A DNA stretch of 64,000 bases from Candidatus Eutrophovita brisbanensis (GTDB lineage: Bacteria; Pseudomonadota; Gammaproteobacteria; Burkholderiales; Eutrophovitaceae): positions 77,863 to 141,862 of the forward strand of contig JAYQTM010000001.1 in the NCBI GenBank assembly GCA_038147395.1. The letters are read 5' to 3'. Positions 19,253 through 29,885 of this stretch are shown here, piece by piece. The stretch's first letter is position 1. Each line of letters begins with the position of its first letter. A program made the position numbers and the translations under genes. The notes beneath the pieces are model-generated. The model did no database searches and was not told the DNA's origin. It saw only the letters and a program-made list of their open reading frames with translations.

Positions 19253-20626
19253 TCATTTTTCTTTCTTCAGGGCATCAAGAATTCGATCGTGAACGTTCTC
19301 GAAATGTCCGTTACTCATCACCAAAATTTTATCTCCGGGACTCGTCTCGTTAATAATCGAACGCACCAGCGCGTCAATATCGTCACTGATAAACGATTGA
19401 TCTTGGCTCTCGCAAAAAAGTTGTCGCGCATCCCAGATCAAACCATTTGAATAGAGGTGAACTGTGTCGGCGGAGACCAGACTAGATGCCAATTCGCCCT
19501 TGTGATCACCCCTCCTCATTGTATTAGATCGAGGCTCTAATACCGCATGCACTCTCGAATTGGGGTAGCGTGCCTTCAGCCCATCAACCGTTGCTTTGAT
19601 TGCGGTAGGATGATGCGCAAAATCATCGAACACCTCGATATCGTTCACAATACCGCGTGAGCTCATGCGGCGCTTGACTCCTGAGAATTCCTCAAGCGCC
19701 TGGCAAGATACCTCAATAGGAATCCCGCAGTGTCGCGCCGCCAATATGGCAGCCATTGCGTTATCCAAATTATGCCGCCCAAAAAAATCCGGTGAAAATG
19801 TCCCCTGAATTTGGGCCTCATTCGTTATGTCAATCCGAGAACCATCATCGTGAACACGATAAGACCAATGATTGGCATCTTGGCCAAAATAGATCGACTC
19901 GCTCCAACAACCCATATCCAACACATTTTTAAGAGCAGGCGAATCTTGGTTGACAATGAGCGCGCCAGTTTTAGGGATCATTCTGACCAAATGATGAAAC
20001 TGCCGCTCTATTGCCTTAAGGTCATCAAAAATATCAGCGTGATCAAACTCTAAATTACCAAGCACCAACGTTCTAGGGTGGTAATGAAGGAATTTTGAAC
20101 GCTTGTCGAAAAATGCGGTGTCGTACTCGTCAGCCTCAATGACAAAGAAATCCGAATCAGTCAATCGAGACGATTCCGGAAAATCATTTGGCACACCGCC
20201 GATCAAGAAACTCGGGTTGAGCCCTGCGTCATCCAAAATCTTTGTGAGCATTGAACTCGTTGTCGTTTTGCCATGGGTACCAGCGACCGCCAATACCCAC
20301 TTCGATCTGATGACATTCTCATAGAGCCACTGTGGGCCAGAAATATACGGTAAATTCTGTTCTAGGATTGCCTCCATCAGAGGGTTTCCTCGAGTAACGA
20401 CATTGCCAACAACAAATACGTCGGGCTGGAGCTCCAATTGGCTTGGGTCCCAACCCTCGATCAAATCGATTTCCATCGCATTTAACTGAGTGCTCATCGG
20501 AGGATAAACACCGCTGTCGCACCCCGTAACGCGAAAACCAGCTTGTCTCGCAATCACTGCGAGACCACCCATGAACGTGCCACATATCCCCAGAATATGA
20601 ATGTGCGGCGGTTTTTTGGTACTCAT
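19253..20626 (-). CDS. mpl: UDP-N-acetylmuramate:L-alanyl-gamma-D-glutamyl-meso-diaminopimelate ligase
   Basis: 457 aa Mur ligase with HILGICGTFMGGLA and GTHGKTTT motifs. Its size and pattern match Mpl rather than MurC. Confidence 0.9.
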   Translation of the reverse strand: MSTKKPPHIHILGICGTFMGGLAVIARQAGFRVTGCDSGVYPPMSTQLNAMEIDLIEGWDPSQLELQPDVFVVGNVVTRGNPLMEAILEQNLPYISGPQWLYENVIRSKWVLAVAGTHGKTTTSSMLTKILDDAGLNPSFLIGGVPNDFPESSRLTDSDFFVIEADEYDTAFFDKRSKFLHYHPRTLVLGNLEFDHADIFDDLKAIERQFHHLVRMIPKTGALIVNQDSPALKNVLDMGCWSESIYFGQDANHWSYRVHDDGSRIDITNEAQIQGTFSPDFFGRHNLDNAMAAILAARHCGIPIEVSCQALEEFSGVKRRMSSRGIVNDIEVFDDFAHHPTAIKATVDGLKARYPNSRVHAVLEPRSNTMRRGDHKGELASSLVSADTVHLYSNGLIWDARQLFCESQDQSFISDDIDALVRSIINETSPGDKILVMSNGHFENVHDRILDALKKEK

Positions 20627-21753
20627 AACCGATGCCTCCGGTCTCCGTGACGAAAACCCATTAGGGGGTTTTCAATATCCCGAGACAAACACATGACTTT
20701 AAAAATATCACCCATAATTTCCGGCGATAGGAGTTTCTGAACAGATGAAACGACTGGTAAATATGTCTCGACTGATTCAGGATCTAACTCCTCTAAGAAT
20801 TTCGTAATCCCGCAGTTAACAAGAAAATCCGCCTGACTCGCGTAGCCACTGACATCAAGCCCATGGTCAATAGCAACTGAACCCAACCGGGTGAAATTGA
20901 CGTGAGCAGTAATATCCTTCTGGCCCAGAAGCGTTAAGGGATTACCATCTGTTTGATGTTGATGATGGCACGCGAGCGTGCCCGAGCTGCGCTCAGGGTG
21001 ATAATAACTTAACTGCTCATACCCATAGTCGATCACAAAAATGCAACCTTGAGACAAACTCTCGGCCAAGTCTCTAACTAGACCATCCGACGCAACACAC
21101 AACTCGGTCAAGTAAGGCGCTGGCACATCCAATTGATCAACGGCCTCGGTTAATCGATGGTCTGAAAACAGTCGGTCCGACCAAGTCAGCTGGCCGCCAG
21201 AAATCGTCACGCCTCGCTCCATCCAACCGGTCTCCGACTTAACCATTAAATGGACAGGAAGCGCATCAAACACTTCATTCGCAACCATGACTCCGGTGAA
21301 ATTCTTTGGCAATTCCCCGATCCAACTCACCCGGTTGCGCACGTCAGGGTCCAAAACCATCAGGGTCTCCTTTTGTCTGGAGGTCAATTCAGGGCTAGGT
21401 TCTAGAATGAAATAGTTCTTTGGGAGATCTCCGATTCGCTTGAGCTCACGCAGCACGTCGCGCGCAAGGCGACCACTTCCGGCACCTAACTCAAGCACGC
21501 CCTCCTGAGTTTGCGAGAGCACCTCCGCGACTTGTCTGGCGAGACACCTACCAAAAAGGGGACTAAGTTCCGGCGCAGTGATAAAATCTCCTCCGCGGCC
21601 AAACTTTTGGCGACTACCTGAGTAATAACCGATTTTCGGCTCGTAGAGCACGTGATGCATGAACTGTGCAAAGGATAACCAGCCAGCATTTTCGTTAATT
21701 AACGTCGTGAACAAGTCAATGAAACGATCGTCAAGGTTTTGCTCTTCATCCAT
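20623..21753 (-). CDS. MidA/NDUFAF7-family SAM-dependent methyltransferase (DUF185)
   Basis: 376 aa with GDFITAPELSPLFG and ELGAGSGRLARD motifs. It shares an ATGA overlap with the mpl start. Confidence 0.8.
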   Translation of the reverse strand: MDEEQNLDDRFIDLFTTLINENAGWLSFAQFMHHVLYEPKIGYYSGSRQKFGRGGDFITAPELSPLFGRCLARQVAEVLSQTQEGVLELGAGSGRLARDVLRELKRIGDLPKNYFILEPSPELTSRQKETLMVLDPDVRNRVSWIGELPKNFTGVMVANEVFDALPVHLMVKSETGWMERGVTISGGQLTWSDRLFSDHRLTEAVDQLDVPAPYLTELCVASDGLVRDLAESLSQGCIFVIDYGYEQLSYYHPERSSGTLACHHQHQTDGNPLTLLGQKDITAHVNFTRLGSVAIDHGLDVSGYASQADFLVNCGITKFLEELDPESVETYLPVVSSVQKLLSPEIMGDIFKVMCLSRDIENPLMGFRHGDRRHRL

Positions 21754-21848
21754 AAACGAAATAGTACACAGATATCGTTAGTATCTTGACCACGATGCCG
21801 AGAAAAATTTCTGCCGGATTGGAAGCGGCAGCAAAGGGTGTTTGATCG

Positions 21849-22631
21849 ATGAGAACCCACGCCACACAATCTGATAGGAATGTACTCATCACGGGTGCTG
21901 CCAGACGCATTGGGAGCGAGATCGCTATTGGGCTCGCCAAAGAAGGCTTTAACGTAGCGATCCATTGCAACCAGTCCACATCAGAGGCTAATGAGCTCAA
22001 AAAAGCCATTGAGGAGACCGGGGTTTCAGCCACGGTGATTTCCGCAAATCTCTCTGACGCTGACTCAGCAAAAAAAATCTTTAACGCGGCGAATCGTCAG
22101 ATCGGTCCGATCAGCTACCTCATCAACAACGCATCGCTATTTTCTTATGACAGCCCAGCGTCCGCGAGCTGGCAAGACCTTGATGCACACATGCGAGTAA
22201 ATCTGTTCGCACCGATTTTGCTGACACAAGCCTTCGCAGACCAACTGTCAGACCAGAGTGAGGGCTGTGTTATAAACCTTTTAGATCAGAAGACGCACAA
22301 TTTAAACCCCGATTTTTTCTCGTATACGCTGAGCAAAGTCGCGCTAGAGAGCGCAACAAAAATGCTTGCCTCGACGCTCGGACCTAAAATACGAGTGTGT
22401 GGACTCGCACCAGGCATCACGCTGCCAAGCGGAGAACAAACTGACGCAGGTTTCGAAAAAGCGCACAAATTGTCGCCTCTTGGACGCAGTTCCTCAACTG
22501 AGGACCTTGTCGAGGCAGCCAAGTACTTGCTTGCCGCCCGATCCATCACTGGCACAACTTTAATTGTGGACGGTGGACAACATCTATGGCCAACGCACCG
22601 AGATGTCCAGTTTGAAGTCAACACTAATTAA
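21849..22631 (+). CDS. SDR oxidoreductase, pteridine/dihydromonapterin reductase (FolM)-like
   Basis: 260 aa with ITGAARRIG and YTLSKVA (YxxxK) motifs. It lies directly upstream of folB, the usual context of FolM-type reductases. Confidence 0.6.
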   Translation: MRTHATQSDRNVLITGAARRIGSEIAIGLAKEGFNVAIHCNQSTSEANELKKAIEETGVSATVISANLSDADSAKKIFNAANRQIGPISYLINNASLFSYDSPASASWQDLDAHMRVNLFAPILLTQAFADQLSDQSEGCVINLLDQKTHNLNPDFFSYTLSKVALESATKMLASTLGPKIRVCGLAPGITLPSGEQTDAGFEKAHKLSPLGRSSSTEDLVEAAKYLLAARSITGTTLIVDGGQHLWPTHRDVQFEVNTN

Positions 22632-22648
22632 GAAAGAGGCTGTCAAAC

Positions 22649-23023
22649 ATGCCGCACGACTCAAAACCACACCGAAAAATCTTTCTTAAGAACATGGCCG
22701 TCGAATTGTCGATTGGAATCCATGATTTTGAAAAATTAGCGAAACAAAACGTCTTGGTTAACGTGACGTTAGACCTTGACCCACATGTTCGGGTCAGTCA
22801 CGACTCAATTTCTGAAACGGTGGACTACGACTTTTTGAGAAACATGATCATAGAGCTCGCCTCAACGCAACATTTCCACCTCCAAGAAACCTTTTGTGAA
22901 AAAATTCTTGCGTTGTGCTTACGACAAGACGGAGTTTATGCGGTAAAAGTCTCATCCCAAAAAACAGACGTTTATCCGGACTGCGAGTCTGTAGGCTTTG
23001 AAATTTTCGAGACCAAAAGCTAA
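22649..23023 (+). CDS. folB: Dihydroneopterin aldolase
   Basis: 124 aa of FolB size and pattern (IGIHDFEK...VDYDF), placed between the pteridine-reductase-like gene and ttcA. Confidence 0.75.
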   Translation: MPHDSKPHRKIFLKNMAVELSIGIHDFEKLAKQNVLVNVTLDLDPHVRVSHDSISETVDYDFLRNMIIELASTQHFHLQETFCEKILALCLRQDGVYAVKVSSQKTDVYPDCESVGFEIFETKS

Positions 23024-23028
23024 TTACC

Positions 23029-23946
23029 ATGCCATCTGCAACCCAAAAAACCACGTATAACAACAATAAGCTCGCAAAACGTCTTCAGCGTTTAACTGGG
23101 GAAGCCATCTCAGATTACGACATGATCCGCGACGGCGACAAAATCATGGTTTGTTTATCGGGGGGTAAGGATAGCTACACCATGTTGGACATATTGTTAG
23201 CGCTTCAAAGTAGAGCACCGATTTCATTCGAACTGATCGCTGTTAACCTGGACCAAAAACATCCAGGATTCCCCGAAGAGGTGCTGCCTGAATACCTACG
23301 TTCTATCGGCATCGATTTTCGAATCGTTAAACAGGATACCTACAGCATCGTAAAAAATGTCATCCCAGAGGGTAAAACCATGTGTGGCCTTTGTTCTCGT
23401 TTAAGGAGAGGGATCCTCTACCGAACAGCCTCGGAGTTAGGCGCCACAAAAATTGCGCTGGGACATCATCGTGAAGATATTATCGAAACGTTCTTCCTGA
23501 ATATGTTTCATGGCGGACGCCTCAAGGCGATGCCTCCAAAACTTCTATCCGATGACGGCCGTCACACCGTCATTCGTCCGCTCGCGTATTGCAAAGAAAA
23601 GGATATTGAAGGCTATGCTGACATGAAAGATTTCCCGATCATTCCCTGCGATCTGTGTGGTTCACAAGAAAATTTACAGCGCCAAGTGACAAAAGCAATG
23701 CTCCGGGAATGGGACAAGAAATTCCCTGGGCGCGTCGATACGATTTTTAGCTCGTTAAAAAAAATAACGCCATCACATTTACTCGACCCTAACTGGTACG
23801 ACTTTAAAAACTTATCCCGCGATACTGTATCGAAAGGCGATGGAGATATCGCGTTTGACCCGATTCGGTTTGACGATTCGGGACACGATCGAGAAATCAT
23901 TCAAATTCAGAGCGCGGAGGAAAACTCGAGCATACCTCGTGCGTAA
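23029..23946 (+). CDS. ttcA: tRNA 2-thiocytidine(32) synthetase TtcA
   Basis: 305 aa with the PP-loop SGGKDS and the Fe-S cysteines [10 protein letters not shown] and CDLCGSQ. Confidence 0.95.
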   Translation: MPSATQKTTYNNNKLAKRLQRLTGEAISDYDMIRDGDKIMVCLSGGKDSYTMLDILLALQSRAPISFELIAVNLDQKHPGFPEEVLPEYLRSIGIDFRIVKQDTYSIVKNVIPEGKTMCGLCSRLRRGILYRTASELGATKIALGHHREDIIETFFLNMFHGGRLKAMPPKLLSDDGRHTVIRPLAYCKEKDIEGYADMKDFPIIPCDLCGSQENLQRQVTKAMLREWDKKFPGRVDTIFSSLKKITPSHLLDPNWYDFKNLSRDTVSKGDGDIAFDPIRFDDSGHDREIIQIQSAEENSSIPRA

Positions 23947-24021
23947 ATCCTTTATAATGCTCGGCTCAAAAATTCAGTGTCCTGACACGACATCAACGGA
24001 AACGACAAAGGTCAAATCTAC

Positions 24022-25254
24022 ATGAGTGATAATTCTTTATCGAAGATTGGTTCATTTTACCCACCTCAACGCACCCTGATGGGACCAGGGCCGTCAGAGA
24101 TTCACCCGCGTGTGTTCTCGGCAATGGGGCGCCCAACGATCGGTTACTTGGATCCCGTATTCGTTGAGATGATGGAAGAATTAAAAGAACTGCTCCGATA
24201 TGCGTTCCAAACGAAAAATGCGCTCACGTTCCCTGTTTCCGGTCCAGGGTCTGTTGGAATGGAAATGTGTTTTGTCAACATGGTGAGCCCAGGAGATAAA
24301 GTCATCGTGTGTCGAAATGGCGTTTTCGGTGGCCGTATGATCGAGAATGTCGAACGCTGTGGAGGAACCGCCATCGTTGTCGACGACCCGATGGGCCAAC
24401 CGGTCGACCCAGAAAAAGTCCGTGAAGCATTCAAAAGTAATCCCGACGCAAAGGTTCTCGCCTTTGTTCACGCCGAAACATCCACTGGCGTTCGATCGGA
24501 TGCGAAGACCCTCGCGGCGATTGCTCAAGAGAACAACGCACTGACGATCGTGGATACAGTGACTTCCCTCGCCGGAGTTCCTGTTTTAGTTGATGAATGG
24601 GGCCTCGATGCCGTCTATTCTGGAAGTCAAAAATGTTTGTCTTGCACACCAGGTTTATCGCCTATAACGTTCAGCGACAGAGTTGTGGAGCACGTCAAGT
24701 CTCGGAAACATAAGGTCGAGAGTTGGTTTATGGATTTAAACCTTCTGCTAGGCTACTGGGGCGAGACCACTCGAACATATCACCACACAGCACCGACTAA
24801 TTCGCTCTACTCACTGCATGAAGCGTTAGTCATGCTCAGAGACGAAGGCTTGGAAGCGTCTTGGGCGCGCCACCAACGAAATCACATGGCGCTGAAAGCT
24901 GGACTAGAAACGCTAGGGCTAAAATATTTAGTGGATGAGGCTTATCGTTTACCGCAGATGAATGCAGTTTATGTCATGCCCGGTATAGACGAAAAAGAGG
25001 TCCGTCGCCGACTTCTTGAGGAGATGAATATTGAAATCGGAGCCGGGTTAGGCACGCTTGCCGGAAAAATTTGGCGCTTCGGTATCATGGGCTACAGCTG
25101 CAAAATGGAAAACGTCATGCTCTGCTTGTGTGCGCTAGAAAGCGTATTCGTTGACATGGGGGCAAAGATTGAAGTCGGTGCAGCAGAAGCCGCGGCTTAC
25201 CACGCTTACGCCGCACATCCCATTCGCACGAAGTCGCTGAAAAACGCAGCGTAA
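24022..25254 (+). CDS. Class-V PLP aminotransferase (alanine-glyoxylate / serine-pyruvate aminotransferase family)
   Basis: 410 aa with MGPGPSEIHPRV at the N-terminus and PLP-lysine motif SGSQKCL. Confidence 0.8.
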   Translation: MSDNSLSKIGSFYPPQRTLMGPGPSEIHPRVFSAMGRPTIGYLDPVFVEMMEELKELLRYAFQTKNALTFPVSGPGSVGMEMCFVNMVSPGDKVIVCRNGVFGGRMIENVERCGGTAIVVDDPMGQPVDPEKVREAFKSNPDAKVLAFVHAETSTGVRSDAKTLAAIAQENNALTIVDTVTSLAGVPVLVDEWGLDAVYSGSQKCLSCTPGLSPITFSDRVVEHVKSRKHKVESWFMDLNLLLGYWGETTRTYHHTAPTNSLYSLHEALVMLRDEGLEASWARHQRNHMALKAGLETLGLKYLVDEAYRLPQMNAVYVMPGIDEKEVRRRLLEEMNIEIGAGLGTLAGKIWRFGIMGYSCKMENVMLCLCALESVFVDMGAKIEVGAAEAAAYHAYAAHPIRTKSLKNAA

Positions 25255-25281
25255 CCTGATTAATCGAGAGTTGAGCCGATC

Positions 25282-26127
25282 TTAGCGCGGCATTGAACCG
25301 AGCTTCAATGAGTCACAGATCGCGCTCACCTTGTCCGATTGGTTCATTGTATAAAAGTGTAAACCTGGGGCGCCTGACGAAAGTAGGCGCTCACACATTT
25401 TCTGAACGACCTCTAAACCAAATAGTTGAATTGACTTAATATCGTCAGCGAAGTGTTCTAATTTTTTTCGAATCCACCTCGGAATCTCAGCGCCACACGC
25501 GTCCGAAAAACGAGCCAACTGAAAAAATTTCTCGATAGGCATCACCCCGGGAATAATCGGGATCGTGACTCCGCGGGATGTGCATTGATCGACAAAGTGA
25601 TCGTATGCGTCGGTATTAAAAAAGTACTGCGTGATCGCCGCCGTCGCACCTTCATCGACTTTGTGTTTGAAATTGGAAATATCTGCGTCTGGCGATTTGG
25701 ACTGCGGGTGATATTCCGGATACGCGGCCACGTAGATCTCAACTTCATCCCCTAGCCTTTTTCGCATGTGGCCAACCAACTCAGAGGCATACTTAAATTC
25801 CCCCGACTGCGCCATACCGGAGGGTAAATCTCCCCTCAACGCGACAAAACGATCAATCTGCCAACCCGTATACTTCTCCAGTAGCGCATCCATTTCAGCC
25901 TTCGTCGCGCCAATACCCGATACGTGAGGTGCCACAGGAAATTGAGCGGCCTTCATTTCCTCAACGATCCGAAGCGTTTTATGCTGAGTCGATCCACCTG
26001 CACCGTAAGTGATGGAGTAAAACTCTGGCGTATAGCGGGTGAGTTGATCACGAACCGAGGCGAGCTTTTCCACCCCAAGATCTGTTTGGGGTGGAAAAAA
26101 CTCAAAGCTAAGATGGGCTTGCGTCAT
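25282..26127 (-). CDS. metF: 5,10-methylenetetrahydrofolate reductase
   Basis: 281 aa with SFEFFPP, ITYGAGGST and ALRGD motifs. It lies downstream of ahcY in the same orientation. Confidence 0.95.
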   Translation of the reverse strand: MTQAHLSFEFFPPQTDLGVEKLASVRDQLTRYTPEFYSITYGAGGSTQHKTLRIVEEMKAAQFPVAPHVSGIGATKAEMDALLEKYTGWQIDRFVALRGDLPSGMAQSGEFKYASELVGHMRKRLGDEVEIYVAAYPEYHPQSKSPDADISNFKHKVDEGATAAITQYFFNTDAYDHFVDQCTSRGVTIPIIPGVMPIEKFFQLARFSDACGAEIPRWIRKKLEHFADDIKSIQLFGLEVVQKMCERLLSSGAPGLHFYTMNQSDKVSAICDSLKLGSMPR

Positions 26128-26168
26128 AAGTTAGCGCCCACTTATTATCGTTATGGCTAGCAATTGCT

Positions 26169-27584
26169 TTAGTAGCGATAATGTTCAGGTTTGTAGGGGC
26201 CCTCTCGCGTTACCCCAATATATTTCGCTTGAGCTTCGGTTAATTCCGTGAGCTGAACATTCAAGGTTGCTAACTGCAAACGAGCGACCTTCTCATCTAA
26301 ATGTTTCGGTAGGACATAAACACCAAGCGGATATTTCTCTGGGTGATTGAACAGTTCAATTTGTGCAATCACTTGGTTTGCAAAGGATGAACTCATGACA
26401 TAACTCGGATGTCCAGTCGCACACCCAAGATTCACAAGTCGACCCCCTGCCAAGAGGATGATCTTCTTTCCGTCTGGAAACACAATATGGTCGACTTGGG
26501 GTTTGATGTTTTCCCATTCATATTTTTCGATTGAGGCGACATCGATTTCATTGTCGAAATGTCCGATGTTGCACACAATTGCCTGATCCTTCATCGCTGC
26601 CATGTGATCATGTGTGATCACGTTGTAGTTTCCAGTCGCTGTCACAAAAATGTCTGCCTTATCCGCGGCGTACTCCATTGTGACCACCCGAAAACCTTCC
26701 ATGCTGGCTTGCAACGCACATATCGGGTCCACTTCAGTGACCCAAACTTGGGCTGAAAGTGCTCGCAACGCCTGTGCAGAGCCCTTACCCACATCGCCGA
26801 ATCCCGCAACAACGGCGACTTTGCCAGCAATCATGACGTCTGTCGCGCGCTTAATCGCATCAACAAGTGACTCTCGACATCCATACAAATTATCGAATTT
26901 GGATTTTGTCACTGAGTCGTTCACGTTAATTGCTGGAAAACGAAGCGAGCCCTCTTTGGCCATCTCGTAAAGACGCTTCACACCCGTCGTCGTCTCTTCT
27001 GTCACGCCCTTGATTGCAGCCAGTCGTGGGGAGTACCAATTGGGGTCTACCGACAATTTTTTCTTGATCGCACTGTAAAGCGCGCGCTCCTCTTCACTCG
27101 TGGGATTATCAAGAACGGTTAAATCAGTTTCGGCCTTAGCGCCTAAATGAAGCAATAACGTGGCATCACCTCCGTCATCGAGGATCATATTCGCTTGCTC
27201 ACCTGGCCAGTCAAAAATTCGATGCGTGAATTCCCAATACTCATCAAGACTCTCGCCTTTGAACGCAAATACCGGAACTCCTGCTTCAGCAATCGCTGCC
27301 GCTGCGTGATCTTGTGTGGAATAAATGTTGCAAGACGCCCAGCGGACATCGGCACCCAGGGCGGTGAGGGTCTCTATTAACACGGCCGTTTGAATTGTCA
27401 TGTGAAGCGAGCCCGCGATACGCGCCCCCTTCAAGGGTTTGCTGTCGACAAACTCTGCACGAATCGACATCAACCCTGGCATCTCGGTTTCAGCAATCGC
27501 AATCTCTTTACGACCGAATGCCGCATGTGAGAGATCGGCTACAACGTAATCATCCTTGGATAGTTCTTTTAACACTGCTGACAT
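26169..27584 (-). CDS. ahcY: Adenosylhomocysteinase
   Basis: 471 aa with a conserved AhcY sequence throughout ([33 protein letters not shown]-terminus). An AGGAG SD is present. Confidence 0.97.
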   Translation of the reverse strand: MSAVLKELSKDDYVVADLSHAAFGRKEIAIAETEMPGLMSIRAEFVDSKPLKGARIAGSLHMTIQTAVLIETLTALGADVRWASCNIYSTQDHAAAAIAEAGVPVFAFKGESLDEYWEFTHRIFDWPGEQANMILDDGGDATLLLHLGAKAETDLTVLDNPTSEEERALYSAIKKKLSVDPNWYSPRLAAIKGVTEETTTGVKRLYEMAKEGSLRFPAINVNDSVTKSKFDNLYGCRESLVDAIKRATDVMIAGKVAVVAGFGDVGKGSAQALRALSAQVWVTEVDPICALQASMEGFRVVTMEYAADKADIFVTATGNYNVITHDHMAAMKDQAIVCNIGHFDNEIDVASIEKYEWENIKPQVDHIVFPDGKKIILLAGGRLVNLGCATGHPSYVMSSSFANQVIAQIELFNHPEKYPLGVYVLPKHLDEKVARLQLATLNVQLTELTEAQAKYIGVTREGPYKPEHYRY

Positions 27585-27621
27585 TCACACTCTCCTAAAG
27601 CAAAATGGATTCAGGTAGAGC

Positions 27622-27667
27622 AAAAAAAACGCCCATAAACCCTGAACATAATTTGGTTTATGAGCGC
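27622..27667 (-). terminator. Intrinsic terminator forming the expression platform of the SAH riboswitch
   Basis: The minus-strand RNA reads GCGCUCAUAAACC-(loop)-GGUUUAUGGGCG followed by U8. The 5' arm reuses the GGCGCUC 3' segment of the aptamer. Confidence 0.75.
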
Positions 27668-27726
27668 CGTTTTCCGTGCTGAGCCTAGCCCCGACTGTTT
27701 TCCGGGGTCGCAACGCTCCTCAGCAA
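27661..27726 (-). promoter_or_regulatory. SAH (S-adenosylhomocysteine) riboswitch aptamer
   Basis: The minus-strand RNA reads UUGCUGAGGAGCGUUGCGACCCCGGAAAACAGUCGGGGCUAGGCUCAGCACGGAAAACGGCGCUCA. This contains the conserved GAGGAGCG-UGC, CAGGCUC and AACGGCGCUC blocks and the P4 hairpin. It sits in the canonical position upstream of ahcY-metF. Confidence 0.85.
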
Positions 27727-27734
27727 TGTTGCCA

Positions 27735-27740
27735 ATTATA
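27735..27740 (-). promoter_or_regulatory. Candidate -10 hexamer (TATAAT) for the ahcY-metF transcript
   Basis: A perfect TATAAT on the minus strand lies about 8 nt upstream of the first aptamer nucleotide. The -35 region, inside the metK 3' end, is weak. Confidence 0.4.
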
Positions 27741-27752
27741 GCGAATCTGAGA

Positions 27753-28910
27753 CTATAGAGCGCCTCGTAAAGTTTCGACTTTGTCCAAACCCTCCCATGA
27801 AAACTCCGGCTCGTCACGACCGAAGTGCCCGTAAGCCGCTGTCTTTTCATATATTGGTCGCAGAAGATTCAACATTTGTACGATCCCTTTTGGTCGCAAA
27901 TCGAAGTGTTTCTGGACTAAATCAGCGATTTTTTCATCACTCAGTTTACCCGTCCCAAATGTTGTGACAGCGACACTCGTCGGTTTCGCGACACCAATTG
28001 CGTATGATATTTGCACCTCACATCGAGAGGCCAAACCAGCCGCTACGATGTTTTTAGCGACATATCGCGCCGCGTACGCTGCAGATCGGTCCACTTTCGA
28101 GGGATCTTTACCACTAAAAGCACCACCGCCATGGTGTGCCGCGCCGCCGTAGGTGTCCACAATGATTTTTCGACCGGTCAAACCACAATCCCCCTGAGGG
28201 CCGCCAACAACGAATCGCCCCGTTGGATTCACCAAATAATTGATATCTCCCTTGACGAACTCATTTGGGAGTACCGGCTTGATAATTTCCTCTATCACCG
28301 CTTCCCGAATTTGATCGAGCTCGATATCTGGCGAGTGCTGCGTTGACAGCACGACCGTATCAATGGCCTCAGGTCGGCCATCCTTATATCTAAGCGTGAC
28401 CTGTGACTTCGCATCCGGTCTCAGCCACGGGAGACGACCGTCCCGACGAAGTTCAGATTGTCGCTCGACCAATCGATGTGACAAGTGGATCGCAAGTGGC
28501 ATAAACACCTCTGTCTCGTCACAGGCGTAGCCAAACATTAGGCCTTGGTCACCGGCCCCCTGATTCAGTGGGTCGTCATGAGCGGCATCGACGCCTTGTT
28601 TGATATCCGGACTCTGTTTGTCGTATGCAACAAGAACCGAACAACCCTTATAGTCAATGCCAAAATCCGTATTGTCATAGCCAATACGCTTGATGGTATC
28701 TCGAGCCACTTGCTGAAAATCGACATTCGCAGTCGTTGTAATTTCCCCAGCCATTACAACCAAACCAGTGTTCACAAGGGTCTCAGCAGCAACACGGGCT
28801 ACAGGGTCCTGCGCTAAAATCGCATCTAACACTGCGTCAGAAATTTGATCAGAGACTTTGTCTGGATGACCCTCAGAAACGGACTCAGAGGTAAATAAGT
28901 ATTCGCTCAT
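27753..28910 (-). CDS. metK: S-adenosylmethionine synthase
   Basis: Starting at the ATG at 28910, the protein reads [19 protein letters not shown], with [12 protein letters not shown] and GGGAFSGKD motifs. The longer ORF to 28955 adds 15 non-conserved residues. Confidence 0.97.
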   Translation of the reverse strand: MSEYLFTSESVSEGHPDKVSDQISDAVLDAILAQDPVARVAAETLVNTGLVVMAGEITTTANVDFQQVARDTIKRIGYDNTDFGIDYKGCSVLVAYDKQSPDIKQGVDAAHDDPLNQGAGDQGLMFGYACDETEVFMPLAIHLSHRLVERQSELRRDGRLPWLRPDAKSQVTLRYKDGRPEAIDTVVLSTQHSPDIELDQIREAVIEEIIKPVLPNEFVKGDINYLVNPTGRFVVGGPQGDCGLTGRKIIVDTYGGAAHHGGGAFSGKDPSKVDRSAAYAARYVAKNIVAAGLASRCEVQISYAIGVAKPTSVAVTTFGTGKLSDEKIADLVQKHFDLRPKGIVQMLNLLRPIYEKTAAYGHFGRDEPEFSWEGLDKVETLRGAL

Positions 28911-28985
28911 TGAATATTTCCACAATTCATTGAAAATGGTGGCGAAGTCTAACAAAGCTGCATCAAAAAACCAAATATATAGCTC

Positions 28986-29861
28986 ATGCTAATCATTATT
29001 TTCCGGCTACTTGCGAAGTTACCCCTGCGGCTCCTTCATGCCTTGGGGGGTATCCTCGGAGCGCTAATTGCCGTTTCCTCGCCTACATACAGGAGGCGAT
29101 TAGCGGAAAATATCGCCAATAGCGGTATCCCAAAAACCCAAGAGGAAAAGAAAACTCTTATAAAAAACAACATATTAGAGAATGGCAGGGCCATCACAGA
29201 ACTACCCGCGATATGGTTTACGGGGTCCACGTACCGTGATGATTTGGTCTTGTCGGTAGACGGACTGGATCTTGTCTTGGCGGCACGACAAGCCGGTCGA
29301 GGCCTCATCTTATTATCACCGCACCTCGGGTGCTTTGAAATTATTCCCCACCACATCGCTAATATGATGCCGTTCACAGCTCTTTATCGGCCACCAAAAA
29401 TTAAGTGTTTAGCGCCTCTCATGAAGCTTGGGAGAGAGCGTCACAACATTAATCTCGTCCCGACCAACACATCGGGCGTGCGTTCACTTTTCAAAGCGTT
29501 AAAACGGGGAGAGGCCATCGGCATCTTGCCAGACCAAGTCCCCGCCTCTGGTGACGGAGAATGGGCTGAATTTTTTGGTCGGCCAGCGTACACTATGAAC
29601 CTGTGGTCACGCTTGGCGGAAAAAACCAACGCGACGATCCTGTTTGCTCACGCAAAGAGGGAAGCGAGTGGCAAGGGGTTTCGGTTGTACTACACAAAAC
29701 TCCCAACAAAGAGGCCACAAGAGGGAGCTGCCTCCCAACTAAATAGAGGTCTTGAACAATTAATCACCGAGAATCCAACCCAATTTTTATGGGCCTACAA
29801 TCGCTACAAAAATCCGACACAAGAGCCAATTCCAGTATCGAATTCGCAACCAACTATATAA
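28986..29861 (+). CDS. lpxL: Lipid A biosynthesis late (lauroyl/myristoyl) acyltransferase, LpxL/HtrB family, copy 1
   Basis: 291 aa with an N-terminal membrane anchor and HLGCFE (the HX4E/D acyltransferase motif). It sits in the metK-divergent position known for tandem lpxL genes in Bordetella-type genomes. Confidence 0.7.
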   Translation: MLIIIFRLLAKLPLRLLHALGGILGALIAVSSPTYRRRLAENIANSGIPKTQEEKKTLIKNNILENGRAITELPAIWFTGSTYRDDLVLSVDGLDLVLAARQAGRGLILLSPHLGCFEIIPHHIANMMPFTALYRPPKIKCLAPLMKLGRERHNINLVPTNTSGVRSLFKALKRGEAIGILPDQVPASGDGEWAEFFGRPAYTMNLWSRLAEKTNATILFAHAKREASGKGFRLYYTKLPTKRPQEGAASQLNRGLEQLITENPTQFLWAYNRYKNPTQEPIPVSNSQPTI

Positions 29862-29885
29862 CTGCCACTGAATTGGATTAACCAA

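Noticed and set aside
27611-27850. A 79-aa ORF in the metK-ahcY spacer.
   Set aside because: It overlaps the metK 3' end and lies on top of the SAH riboswitch and its terminator. It has no SD and no recognisable protein features.
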